From: an uncultured Alphaproteobacteria bacterium
Lineage (GTDB): Bacteria > Bacteroidota > Ignavibacteria > OLB7
DNA: 64,000 bases
NCBI GenBank assembly: GCA_964462535.1
Contig: CAYWXV010000001.1
Span: forward strand, 354,175-418,174
Reading direction: 5' to 3'
The first letter of the stretch is position 1, and each line of letters opens with the position of its first letter. The position numbers and the translations under genes are program-made. The notes under the pieces are model-generated. The model was not told the DNA's origin, searched no databases, and was given only the letters and a program-made list of their open reading frames with translations. Positions 9,583-18,578 of the stretch are shown here, piece after piece.

Positions 9583-10257
9583 TCAGTCTCTCCAGAGATA
9601 GTCAAACAGGAAGTATCCAACGATAATGATTGCTGCGCTGTAGGCGGCCAGGAGCGCGATGTCGTCGCCGAGACTGGAAAAGGCGACCACCGACACCGTT
9701 CGGCGTATCAGGTCGACGCCAAGCAGAATTGTTGGCAGCAAGACCGGGAAGGCAAGGACAGGATACAGGGCCCCCTTGGCGCCGGCGCGAGCGATCAACG
9801 CCGCAATGAGCGTGAGTGCGCCGGCAAACGCAAAGCTCATCAGCACAACGACAAGAGCGAACGGAAGCGGAGATCCGATGCCCCGATCCGCAATCATGAT
9901 CGCGAAGAGGAACGCGAGGGCCCCGTTACCCAGCACGGCCAGAATGAGGTTGACACCAAGCTTTCCGACGAAGACGGGCGTGGGAGGAAGGAGGTGACGG
10001 AGCAGAAGCGAGGTCCCACGCTCCTCCTCGCTCACAAACGTCCGGGCGAGTCCGGTAACACCGGTGAAGAACATCGCGGTCCAGAACAGACCGGCTATAA
10101 CACCATTCGACAGACGTTCGCCCCAAGAACCAAAGGCCATAACGGAGACCACCACGACCACGAACATGCCCAGGGCATTCAGCGCATATCGGGTCCGAAA
10201 TTCGCCTCGTAAGTCCTTGCGTGCGACCGCAAGTGATTGCCGGAGGAGGGATGGCAT
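9583..10257 (-). CDS. ccmB: heme exporter protein CcmB (ABC permease)
   Basis: 224 aa, six TM helices, typical CcmB length and hydrophobicity. Immediately upstream of ccmC on the same strand. Confidence 0.75.
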   Translation of the reverse strand: MPSLLRQSLAVARKDLRGEFRTRYALNALGMFVVVVVSVMAFGSWGERLSNGVIAGLFWTAMFFTGVTGLARTFVSEEERGTSLLLRHLLPPTPVFVGKLGVNLILAVLGNGALAFLFAIMIADRGIGSPLPFALVVVLMSFAFAGALTLIAALIARAGAKGALYPVLAFPVLLPTILLGVDLIRRTVSVVAFSSLGDDIALLAAYSAAIIIVGYFLFDYLWRD

Positions 10258-10488
10258 GCGGGCAATTTAGACAACCGGGTCTAACCCGTACCCTTCAATC
10301 TGTTAGTGTGTATGTCTCCCGGATTTGCTATAGGCTTCAACACGCCCTCCGCGGGAGGCCGTTGAAAGACACGCGAGCTCAGGGTTGCGGTCCTCGTGGC
10401 GCTCTGCGGCGCGCCTCCGCTACCCATAACTCACTCCCTGTCACGCGACTTGAGCGCCAACTCGACGTGGGAGTCATTCGTCAGCCTC

Positions 10489-12543
10489 CTACCGCATTAC
10501 TTCAACCGCGCTCGACTCGACATATCGCCCACCCACCGAAAGCACGATGAAGTATCTTCCTGCACCTGCGCTACGCCCCAATCCATCGTTCCCATCCCAT
10601 CGCGTCGAATAGGTCCCACGACGGTGCTCGCCACAAACGAGCCTGCGAACAATCTGGCCGCGAATGTCGACCACGGTGAGGTCAACCAAACCTGACTCGC
10701 CTGCAACATAGCGTACTTCGGTCCCCTCCGTGAGCGGGTTGGGTACACACGATTCGATCCGCGTCGGCCCCAAGGAGATATCCTGCTCGAGCACGCCAAT
10801 CGTGTACCGGCCGAACAAACGTCCATACCCGGCCGCCAGAGAGTCGGCGAGGTCAAGATCGGAGCGCTCGTTCCACAGCCCGTAGTACCGGTCCTGCGTT
10901 CCGAACGCGGGCGCCTCCGGCGTGGAAGCGGCGGAGTTGCGTGAGCCCCGTCCATTCCGATGGCAACTTTCCGAGCACGTATTCAGCATTCCTCCTCTGA
11001 AATCACCGGCGTAGTCCAACGTCAGCGATGGAGGGAGCACTTTGAATCCGTGACTACTGAACTCGTACAGCCGTTTACCTGGAAGATCGACGAACCCGAT
11101 TGAGGCCGTCTTGGTGAAATGGCAATTGACGCACTGGGAAACCGCCTGATCGTGTTGTGAATGTAGGTTGACGATTCGGCCACCCCTCGCGAGGCTTGGC
11201 CCCGTGTCCCTCATGTCCGGGTGGCACGCACCGGCAACACAACCCGCGTTGGAATCAAGGCTATACCAGTTCCGGTTGAGCTGATACGGCAGCTCACCCC
11301 CGAACGAAGAATCGTATTTGTTGAAGTGAATCGTGTGACAACTCCAACATCCATTCGAGAAGACCTGGCGCGAATGGGGGACCGAAGTCCTGTAGTCCTG
11401 TCCCGTCTGATGATGCGCATACGAGGTGGTGTTATCGGCCCACGTCTGCCTACCGGTCACGGAATCCCGTCTGAACTGCCCGAGGGACACGCCTGGGACA
11501 TAATGTTGTGGTGTCGCATCATCGTACGCGAATGGATGCTTCCCCATCGTCGAAACGTATCGTTCGTGGCACTGGCCGCACAGATCAAGCTTGAGTTCCG
11601 TCCCCATGTACGTTCCGGGGAATTGAGCACTCTTGCCGGGTGACACAATGTTGTCTGACGTAGGTTGGGCAACGTGTTGGGATCCAGGTCCGTGGCAACT
11701 CTCACACCCGATCACGATGTTGGCATCGCGGGCCATCGAATCGGTCCCATACGATCCAGGATACTGGACGGTGAACACGTCGGCCGTATCAGCACGATCC
11801 ACCGTCAGCGTCGCGCCGTTCACATGACACGGGGCGCACGCCTCGTGCCAACTCTGCTTCCTGAATGTCGGAGACGTGAACTCGTAAAACCTTCCTTCGC
11901 CGGTGAGCGTGTCGATATCGAACCACCTCTTGAAGTCGAGGAAATAGAATGCCCCACCGTGCTCCGACCGCTGCTTGTAACCCGGGAGTGCGAATTGAAA
12001 TGGTGGGATATAGTAGCGGCCATCAATATCGACCAGGAATCTCTCGATCCAGGCACGCCCTCCGTATGTATACGCGACCCTCATGGGTGGCGTCGAGTCG
12101 CCCCCCCCGCTGAAGGACAATTGTATGGCGTAGTCCCGACCAATCCCCTGCTTGAAAAGTCGGATTCTGAGTGTGTCGCGTCCCGGGTAGCGAATCTGCA
12201 CGACCGGGGTAGAAATCATAGTGTCGCGCTCAAACATGCGGTCCAGTATCACCGTCTCAGGTGTTGGACGGAGATGGATCTGCTGGTGCACGGTCTGCTT
12301 GAAGAGGACAAGACCCTTGTAGTCGCTCGTCCCGGAGTAGCCTGCGAAGTGGCAGGCGGCAGTGACGCAGGTCTGTTGTCCAACGTACTCGCTAGGGCCG
12401 GGTCCGTCGAACGACTGCAGGGTGGTTACCCGGGTCAGCAATGCTGCGCCCGTCACCAACCCAACAAGTAGGATGAGCCTGTTCAATGTCACGACGTGTT
12501 TGTTCGAGCTACAGGCATGCGCCTTAACGAAAGAGGGACGCAT
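10489..12543 (-). CDS. octaheme c-type cytochrome with T9SS C-terminal sorting domain (paralog A)
   Basis: Signal peptide, five CXXCH motifs (CAPCH, CESCH, CGQCH, CWSCH, CVNCH), two CX4CH (CVTAACH, CVAGACH) and one CX3CH (CSESCH). C-terminal type-A T9SS CTD (CVPNPLTEGTEVRY...GTYSTRWDGNDGLGRSAGAGRYF...VEVMR). Confidence 0.8.
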   Translation of the reverse strand: MRPSFVKAHACSSNKHVVTLNRLILLVGLVTGAALLTRVTTLQSFDGPGPSEYVGQQTCVTAACHFAGYSGTSDYKGLVLFKQTVHQQIHLRPTPETVILDRMFERDTMISTPVVQIRYPGRDTLRIRLFKQGIGRDYAIQLSFSGGGDSTPPMRVAYTYGGRAWIERFLVDIDGRYYIPPFQFALPGYKQRSEHGGAFYFLDFKRWFDIDTLTGEGRFYEFTSPTFRKQSWHEACAPCHVNGATLTVDRADTADVFTVQYPGSYGTDSMARDANIVIGCESCHGPGSQHVAQPTSDNIVSPGKSAQFPGTYMGTELKLDLCGQCHERYVSTMGKHPFAYDDATPQHYVPGVSLGQFRRDSVTGRQTWADNTTSYAHHQTGQDYRTSVPHSRQVFSNGCWSCHTIHFNKYDSSFGGELPYQLNRNWYSLDSNAGCVAGACHPDMRDTGPSLARGGRIVNLHSQHDQAVSQCVNCHFTKTASIGFVDLPGKRLYEFSSHGFKVLPPSLTLDYAGDFRGGMLNTCSESCHRNGRGSRNSAASTPEAPAFGTQDRYYGLWNERSDLDLADSLAAGYGRLFGRYTIGVLEQDISLGPTRIESCVPNPLTEGTEVRYVAGESGLVDLTVVDIRGQIVRRLVCGEHRRGTYSTRWDGNDGLGRSAGAGRYFIVLSVGGRYVESSAVEVMR

Positions 12544-12609
12544 GCAGGATCGCGTATAGCACCTGATGCGCCCCTCAGCTGAGATTCGTGATGGACGTCC
12601 GAACCAACC

Positions 12610-14607
12610 CTATCTCACGAGCACTACTTGCTCCCCGGTCATCACACCGTTGGAGCTGAGCATTCGAACGAGGTAGGTGCCATTCGGGAGCATATGCCCT
12701 CCGTCGTCAGACCCGTACCACACGCACGTATAGGTGCCCCGGTCATGATCGGAGGCGATCAGCGTTCGAACACGCGCGCCGTTCGTGTTGAATATCTGTA
12801 TGGAGACGGCGCCCGGAACGGTAACGTCGTAACGAATCTCGGTCCGGTTCACCATAGGGTTCGGCGCGATCGTCTTGAGACCAGACCCACCACCCGCATG
12901 CGCGGAAAGACGCACACCTCCGACACTCGGCCAGAAGTCCTTGTAGTACTTCAGCAGCGAGTCAGCCAACCTCTTGTCCGTGATCTCTCCCCACAGCCCG
13001 ATTAGCTGGTCGTTGATACCGAACGAAGGAGCGACCGGTGTCGAGTCTGCAAAATTCCTCGAACCCCTGCCATTGCGGTGACAGCTTGCCGCACATGTGT
13101 TCATCATTCCAAGACCACCCGTGTTGAAGTAGTCTATCGTGATCTGAGGCGATAAGACGCGGAAGTTGTGGTTGCTGAACTCCTGAAGTGGCTTCTGCGG
13201 CAGATCGACGAATCCAATGGATGCTGTCTTGGTGAAGTGGCAGTTGACGCATTGCGATATCTCCTGCGCGTGTTGCGTGTGGAGATTGACCATCATGCCG
13301 TTGCGAAGAGGGCTCGGCCCGACCTCGCGCTTATCAGGGTGACACCCGGACGCAACGCATCCCTGGTTCTCGGCGAGACTATACCAGTTCCGATCAAGCT
13401 GGTAGGGTAGTTCCCCGCCAAACGAGGAGTCATACTTGTTGTAGTGAACAGTATGACAACTCCAGCAGCCGTCCGAGAAGACGTGCGCCAGGTAGGGTTT
13501 CGAGAAACGGAAGTCCTGACCCGTCTGGTGGTGCGCGTACGACGTGACCCCATCCGGCCACCTGTTCATTCCGGTCAGTGAGTCCTTCTGGAAGAGTCGG
13601 AGCGATGAGCCTGGGATAAATGGCTGATCGTTGACTTCATCGTATGCAAAGTTATGTGTCCCACCCGTCGACTTGAACCGCTCGTGACATTGCCCGCAAA
13701 GGTCAAGCTTGAGATCGATGCCGGCCGGCGTCCGGGGAAACTGGCTGCTCTTACCCGGGGAGACAATGTTCTCGGCGGTTGGATTTGCAACGTGCTCCGA
13801 TCCGGGCCCGTGACAGCTCTCGCACCCGATCAGGATGTTCTCGTGCAAGGCCAGAGAATCGGCTCCATCCGATCCAACGAAGTTGAGCGTATAGATCTTC
13901 GCTGTATCACCATCCACGTACGAACGCGTCATACCGTTTATGTGACACGAGGCGCATTGCTCATCCCATGCCTGCTTCTTGAAGGTCGTGGAGCCGAACT
14001 CGTAGAAGACCCCCTCCTGGTTTGACTGGTCGATGCCATACCACTTGCTGAAGTCCAACCAGTAGAACCAACCACCTGTGTCTGCCCGCTCCTTGTACCG
14101 CGGAAGCGAATACTGGAACGGCGGGACGTAATGCCGGCCATCGACTTCGACCAGGTATCGTTCAATCCATCCGCGACCGCCGTAGGTAAATGCCACCTTC
14201 ATCGCGGGCGTGGAGTCACCGCCACCAGAAAAGAAGAGCTGTACGTAATAGTCCTTCTTGTCAGGACTCTTGAAGAGGCGGGCGTTCAACGTGTCGCGTC
14301 CAGGATATCTGATCTGAACGATCGGCGTCGAGATCACCGTGTCCTTGTCGAACATCCGATCGATCACCACCGTCTCTGGTGTTGGGCGCAGGTGAATCTG
14401 CTGATGGAGGGTCTTCTTGAACTCGGCCAGCCCCTTGTAGTCGCTGGCACCGCTATACCCCGATTCATGACAATTGGCCGTGACGCACGTCTGCTGACCC
14501 ACGTATTCACGAGGCGCAGGTCCAGGTTTCGAGTCCACGCTGAACGCGAACGCAGCAACGCCTGCGACGGCGATCGCAAGCGACGCAAGAAGTTTGGGAC
14601 GTTTCAT
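12610..14607 (-). CDS. octaheme c-type cytochrome with T9SS C-terminal sorting domain (paralog B)
   Basis: About 70% identical by eye to paralog A over long stretches, with the same eight heme motifs (CVTANCH, CASCH, CESCH, CGQCH, CWSCH, CVASGCH, CVNCH, CAASCH). Signal peptide MKRPKLLASLAIAVAGVAA; the start is trimmed to that Met (14607). T9SS CTD ends ...NGTYLVRMLSSNGVMTGEQVVLVR. Confidence 0.8.
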   Translation of the reverse strand: MKRPKLLASLAIAVAGVAAFAFSVDSKPGPAPREYVGQQTCVTANCHESGYSGASDYKGLAEFKKTLHQQIHLRPTPETVVIDRMFDKDTVISTPIVQIRYPGRDTLNARLFKSPDKKDYYVQLFFSGGGDSTPAMKVAFTYGGRGWIERYLVEVDGRHYVPPFQYSLPRYKERADTGGWFYWLDFSKWYGIDQSNQEGVFYEFGSTTFKKQAWDEQCASCHINGMTRSYVDGDTAKIYTLNFVGSDGADSLALHENILIGCESCHGPGSEHVANPTAENIVSPGKSSQFPRTPAGIDLKLDLCGQCHERFKSTGGTHNFAYDEVNDQPFIPGSSLRLFQKDSLTGMNRWPDGVTSYAHHQTGQDFRFSKPYLAHVFSDGCWSCHTVHYNKYDSSFGGELPYQLDRNWYSLAENQGCVASGCHPDKREVGPSPLRNGMMVNLHTQHAQEISQCVNCHFTKTASIGFVDLPQKPLQEFSNHNFRVLSPQITIDYFNTGGLGMMNTCAASCHRNGRGSRNFADSTPVAPSFGINDQLIGLWGEITDKRLADSLLKYYKDFWPSVGGVRLSAHAGGGSGLKTIAPNPMVNRTEIRYDVTVPGAVSIQIFNTNGARVRTLIASDHDRGTYTCVWYGSDDGGHMLPNGTYLVRMLSSNGVMTGEQVVLVR

Positions 14608-14804
14608 AAGGCAACGGCAGGGAATTGATGGAGAATGACCGAGCGGGGACCGTCGGCCATTCAAGGCTGAGCGTGGGGGCATGGGGGTGCGTCACGACAA
14701 ACCGGCACTTCTCGCATGCAGTGTTCCAACCGGCCCCAGCGTCTCCACTATGAAAGACACACCAGGCAGTCAGAGGTCGCGCGCCTGATCTCAGATATGT
14801 TGAT

Positions 14805-15683
14805 CTATCGGACTACAGTCAGGCGCCGTGAGAGCGTCCGACCACCTTGAGACATCACGTAAATGTACTCCCCCGCGGGGAGTGATGAAACTACGACGTC
14901 CACTGAGAACGAACCGGGCTCGACGAAACGATCAAACGCTGTCAGCAGGCGATTGCCGGCAAGGCCGAACAATTTAATTGTCACTTGACCCGACTCTTTC
15001 ACAGCGAAGGGAATCATAGTGTTTCGGCTACATGGATTTGGCAGATTCTGCGCCAGTGACATCCCAGTGGGAGGCGCCGAGTCCGTATCCGCACTGGCCG
15101 GCTGCGTATCGATCGTGACGGTGTTGTCACCATCGAATGAGGCGCGGAACTTCCGTAATCCATTCCTGACTGTGCCCGTTCTGGGGGCATCGCGATCGCC
15201 CGCCGGTGGTGTGATCCATGTCCCATCGGGCTCAAAGTTGCTCCCCTGATGACAACAGTGGAAACGGAACTCGAGCGGATCGAAGCTCACCTGGTAATCA
15301 TTCCCATGCGGACAGTACGTTGAAACCGCCGTGAACGCATTCTCCCCCACATCCGCGACACGTGTCACCGCTATCGGGTACCATCCTCTCTTGCACGAAA
15401 ACGCCTCGGTCTCGGCTCTCAACGACGCGGATCCGAGCTCCACGTGATCCGGGTTCAGCAGGAGTTCCTCATCTCTGATCAGTTTGATTGACCCGCCCAC
15501 CTGCGCGAGATCAGGGTAATCGCTCAACCGGATCTGAATCAGCGTGGACAGCTTTCCGGGCACGTCGCCTGGTAGTGAAAGCCGTCCCAGCACGACACCG
15601 CGCGCTGCAACGGAGACGACCACAAGACCGGCAGCCCGCTTGAGGAAGTCCCGTCGGGAATCATCGGCAGTATTCTCCTTCAT
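14805..15683 (-). CDS. Rieske-like [2Fe-2S] domain protein with Tat signal and T9SS C-terminal domain
   Basis: Twin-arginine signal SRRDFLKRAAGLVVV. Rieske-like box I CPHGN; after 15 residues comes HCCHQGSNFEPDG, where a canonical protein would have CPCHGS. C-terminal T9SS CTD (LAQNLPNPCSRNTMIPFAV...GEYIYVMSQGGRTLSRRLTVVR). Start trimmed to the Met preceding the RR motif. Confidence 0.55.
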   Translation of the reverse strand: MKENTADDSRRDFLKRAAGLVVVSVAARGVVLGRLSLPGDVPGKLSTLIQIRLSDYPDLAQVGGSIKLIRDEELLLNPDHVELGSASLRAETEAFSCKRGWYPIAVTRVADVGENAFTAVSTYCPHGNDYQVSFDPLEFRFHCCHQGSNFEPDGTWITPPAGDRDAPRTGTVRNGLRKFRASFDGDNTVTIDTQPASADTDSAPPTGMSLAQNLPNPCSRNTMIPFAVKESGQVTIKLFGLAGNRLLTAFDRFVEPGSFSVDVVVSSLPAGEYIYVMSQGGRTLSRRLTVVR

Positions 15684-15820
15684 CGCCACGTACTTTATCA
15701 TCCGAGGACCAGCCCGAGAGAGGCGCAATTGCGCTGAGCGTGCCCCTTTCTTGGAAGACCCTGATCATACCAATTGGTTACCGAACCCGGTCACCTGGAA
15801 ACGTCTCGAAACGATTGCGT

Positions 15821-16972
15821 CTACGCGGGCGCCACGGCAGGCCGCTGGCACAGATCTTCGATGACGTTGACGAAGGAGTCCCAACTGTACTTGGCGAGCT
15901 CTCCTTCAATGCCCCTTGCGAATTCCTCAATCCGACCCGGTCGGAAGATCTTCTCCACGGCCGTCGCTATCGTATTGGGCGAGCCATCCGGAATCACATA
16001 GCCTGTCTTCCCATCCAGGACTACTTCCGAGAGACTCCCAACATCCGTGACAATCGCTGGTACGGAGAAGTTGTACGCTATCTGCACGATTCCGCTGTTT
16101 GTAGCGGTGCGGTACGGGAGCACAACGACATCCGATGCCGAAAACCACTCTTTCACCTCTTCATTTGGCACGTAATCCGCATGAAGCGTGATACGATCTT
16201 TAAGCCCGCTTGCCGCTATCGCCGCGTCGTACTGTCCTCTGTCATCGTAGAACTCCCCTGCAATCAAGAGGTGTGCATCCGGAAGTCTGCGAGTGATCTC
16301 CGGCATAGCCTCGATGAGCCTGTCGAGGCCCTTGTACCGCCGAATAAGACCGAAGAACAGAATCACCTTCCGGTTCTCGATACCGAGCTGCTTCCGAAGA
16401 GGACTACCGTCCACACGCTCGCCGAAGTTCTCGTACACCGGATGTGGCTGCATCCTCATTGGGAGTTCAGGATAGGCCGCGGCGAGCTGCCGCTCAACCG
16501 TTGTGCTTTGCGTGATTGCAGACGTGCAGTGGCGAAGGAAGTGGTCCGTGAGAAACCGATCACCCTTCCGGCTCTCGTGGTGAATGAAGTTGTGGACGAT
16601 CGCCATCACCTCACCGCGGCTTCTCTTGCGAACTCGCTTCGCGATAGAACCGAAGCATGGGCCAAAGAAGGGATGCCAGTGTTGAAACAGGTAGAGATCG
16701 TACCCACCCTGCGCAGTCAACAGGCGCGCCGTCTTCCACCATGTGAGAGGATTTATCGAATCGATCGTGCGTCTCCCCTCTCCCCCGGCGGCGGTTCCCG
16801 ACTCCGGCTCCTCCTGGGTCTTGCCGGGAAAGAGAAGACCGGGGTACTGCCTGGAGAATGTGTAGTTGTCCACCACATGTCCGTGACGTCTGAGGTAGGC
16901 CGTCAGCATGTTCGTATGATGGGCGATGCCGCCCCGAAACGGGTAGACCGGACCGATGAGGGCTATCTTCAC
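15821..16972 (-). CDS. glycosyltransferase family 4 (GT-B, group 1)
   Basis: C-terminal GT4 core LLIAGE...DVVVLPYRTATNSGIVQIAYNFSVPAIVTDVGSLSEVV. The ORF-track N-terminus would overlap purF, so the start is trimmed to the in-frame GTG at 16972 (VKIALIGPVYPFRGG). Confidence 0.75.
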   Translation of the reverse strand: MKIALIGPVYPFRGGIAHHTNMLTAYLRRHGHVVDNYTFSRQYPGLLFPGKTQEEPESGTAAGGEGRRTIDSINPLTWWKTARLLTAQGGYDLYLFQHWHPFFGPCFGSIAKRVRKRSRGEVMAIVHNFIHHESRKGDRFLTDHFLRHCTSAITQSTTVERQLAAAYPELPMRMQPHPVYENFGERVDGSPLRKQLGIENRKVILFFGLIRRYKGLDRLIEAMPEITRRLPDAHLLIAGEFYDDRGQYDAAIAASGLKDRITLHADYVPNEEVKEWFSASDVVVLPYRTATNSGIVQIAYNFSVPAIVTDVGSLSEVVLDGKTGYVIPDGSPNTIATAVEKIFRPGRIEEFARGIEGELAKYSWDSFVNVIEDLCQRPAVAPA

Positions 16973-17072
16973 GATTTCACTGCCGGTTCGTTGTTCGATA
17001 CACGTCTGAGATCTGTAACGCAGTGTCCGACTGCATAATGGTTCGGACCTCGGTTGTAGATTTGAGCCTCCT

Positions 17073-18575
17073 ATGAAGCCACAAGAGATCGACAAGCCCC
17101 TCTGCAATTGCGGTGTTGTCGGGGTCTATAACCACCCCCAAGCCGCGGTCATGACCTACTACGCACTCCACGCGCTTCAACACCGGGGGCAGGAGTCGGC
17201 CGGCATAGCGACGTCACGCAGAAGCGCTTCCGCACCGGACAAGAGGAAGTTCTCGGTCCACAAGGACCACGGGTTGGTCCTGGATATCTTCAGTGATGAG
17301 CAGATCCTCCTTGAGTATCTCAAAGGGGATCATGCCATCGGACACAATCGGTATTCAACCACGGGGGCCACAAGGAAGCGAGCGAACATACAGCCATTCT
17401 ATGTCTCGAATCATCACGGCAATCTGGCACTCGCTCACAACGGAAACCTGACGAACACGATCACACTCCGGAATAATCTTAGCCGGGAAGGGGCCCTGTT
17501 TCAGACCAGCACGGACTCGGAGATTATTCTCCATCTCGCCGCGCGAAGTTCTGAGGAGCGCCCGGAAATGAGGATTCGGGACGCGCTGCGTCAGGTTCGC
17601 GGCGCATACTCCATTGCGCTGTTGACCGACACAGCCCTCATTGCCGCTCGTGATCCCCACGGATTCCGCCCACTCTGCATCGGACGTCTCGATGATGCCT
17701 ATGTCATCGCTTCGGAAACGTGCGCCCTCGACATTATCTCCGCCGAGTACGTCCGCGACGTCCTCCCGAACGAGATCGTCGTCATCGATGATCATACGAT
17801 AGCAACCGGCGAGATCCGTTCGTACACGATCGACGATGTCACCCCGAAGCCGACCTACTGCATTTTCGAGTACGTCTACTTCTCCCGTCCCGACAGCCGC
17901 ATTTTCGGACATTCGGTCGACAAGGTGAGGCGTAGGCTTGGAAAACGACTGGCGGAAGAATCGGGGATGAAAGCCTCGCAGCCCGAGAATCGTGTGATCG
18001 TCATCAACGTTCCCGACTCATCCAATACAGCAACGCTCGGCTACGCCTATGTCAACCAGCAGTTGAACGAACCGTCAACGAAATACGAGATTGGGCTGAT
18101 CCGAAGCCACTACGTCGGACGAACGTTTATTGCCCCAGGGCAATCGAACAGGGAGTTCAAGGTCAAGACGAAGTTCAATGTAGTTAAAGGTGTGCTCGAG
18201 GGTCAACAGGTTGTGGTCGTCGACGACTCAATCGTCCGTGGGACGACATCGAAGGCGCTGGTCAACCTTATTCGCGAGGCACATCCTGCGGAGATCCACC
18301 TTCGGATCACGTCGCCTCCAATCACCCACCCATGCAAGTATGGGATGGATTTCCCGTCGACCGAGGAGCTCATCGCCAACCAGCTGAACCTCGATGTGGA
18401 CCAGATTCGGAAGGCTCTCGGGGTCGATTCGCTGCACTACCTGTCCATCGAAGGACTCCTTGATGCGGTGCCGCACGATGATGGTGAGGGGTACTGCACC
18501 GCCTGCTTCACGGGGAATTACCCTGTTGAGATTGACACCGACGCGACGAAGCTTGCACTCGAGGAGCTAGGCTAA
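17073..18575 (+). CDS. purF: amidophosphoribosyltransferase
   Basis: 500 aa. N-terminal Ntn Cys (CGVVGV), glutamine amidotransferase class II domain, PRTase domain (VVVVDDSIVRGTTS) and C-terminal Fe-S cysteines (CTACFTGNYP). Confidence 0.95.
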   Translation: MKPQEIDKPLCNCGVVGVYNHPQAAVMTYYALHALQHRGQESAGIATSRRSASAPDKRKFSVHKDHGLVLDIFSDEQILLEYLKGDHAIGHNRYSTTGATRKRANIQPFYVSNHHGNLALAHNGNLTNTITLRNNLSREGALFQTSTDSEIILHLAARSSEERPEMRIRDALRQVRGAYSIALLTDTALIAARDPHGFRPLCIGRLDDAYVIASETCALDIISAEYVRDVLPNEIVVIDDHTIATGEIRSYTIDDVTPKPTYCIFEYVYFSRPDSRIFGHSVDKVRRRLGKRLAEESGMKASQPENRVIVINVPDSSNTATLGYAYVNQQLNEPSTKYEIGLIRSHYVGRTFIAPGQSNREFKVKTKFNVVKGVLEGQQVVVVDDSIVRGTTSKALVNLIREAHPAEIHLRITSPPITHPCKYGMDFPSTEELIANQLNLDVDQIRKALGVDSLHYLSIEGLLDAVPHDDGEGYCTACFTGNYPVEIDTDATKLALEELG

Positions 18576-18578
18576 GCA

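Noticed and set aside
11665-12471. 268-aa plus-strand ORF inside octaheme cytochrome A
   Set aside because: Antisense to a gene with conserved heme motifs and a paralog. Composition is non-protein-like.
15740-17038. 432-aa plus-strand ORF antisense to the GT4 glycosyltransferase gene
   Set aside because: Arg-rich, low-complexity translation typical of antisense frames in high-GC DNA. The minus-strand frame has clear GT4 motifs.
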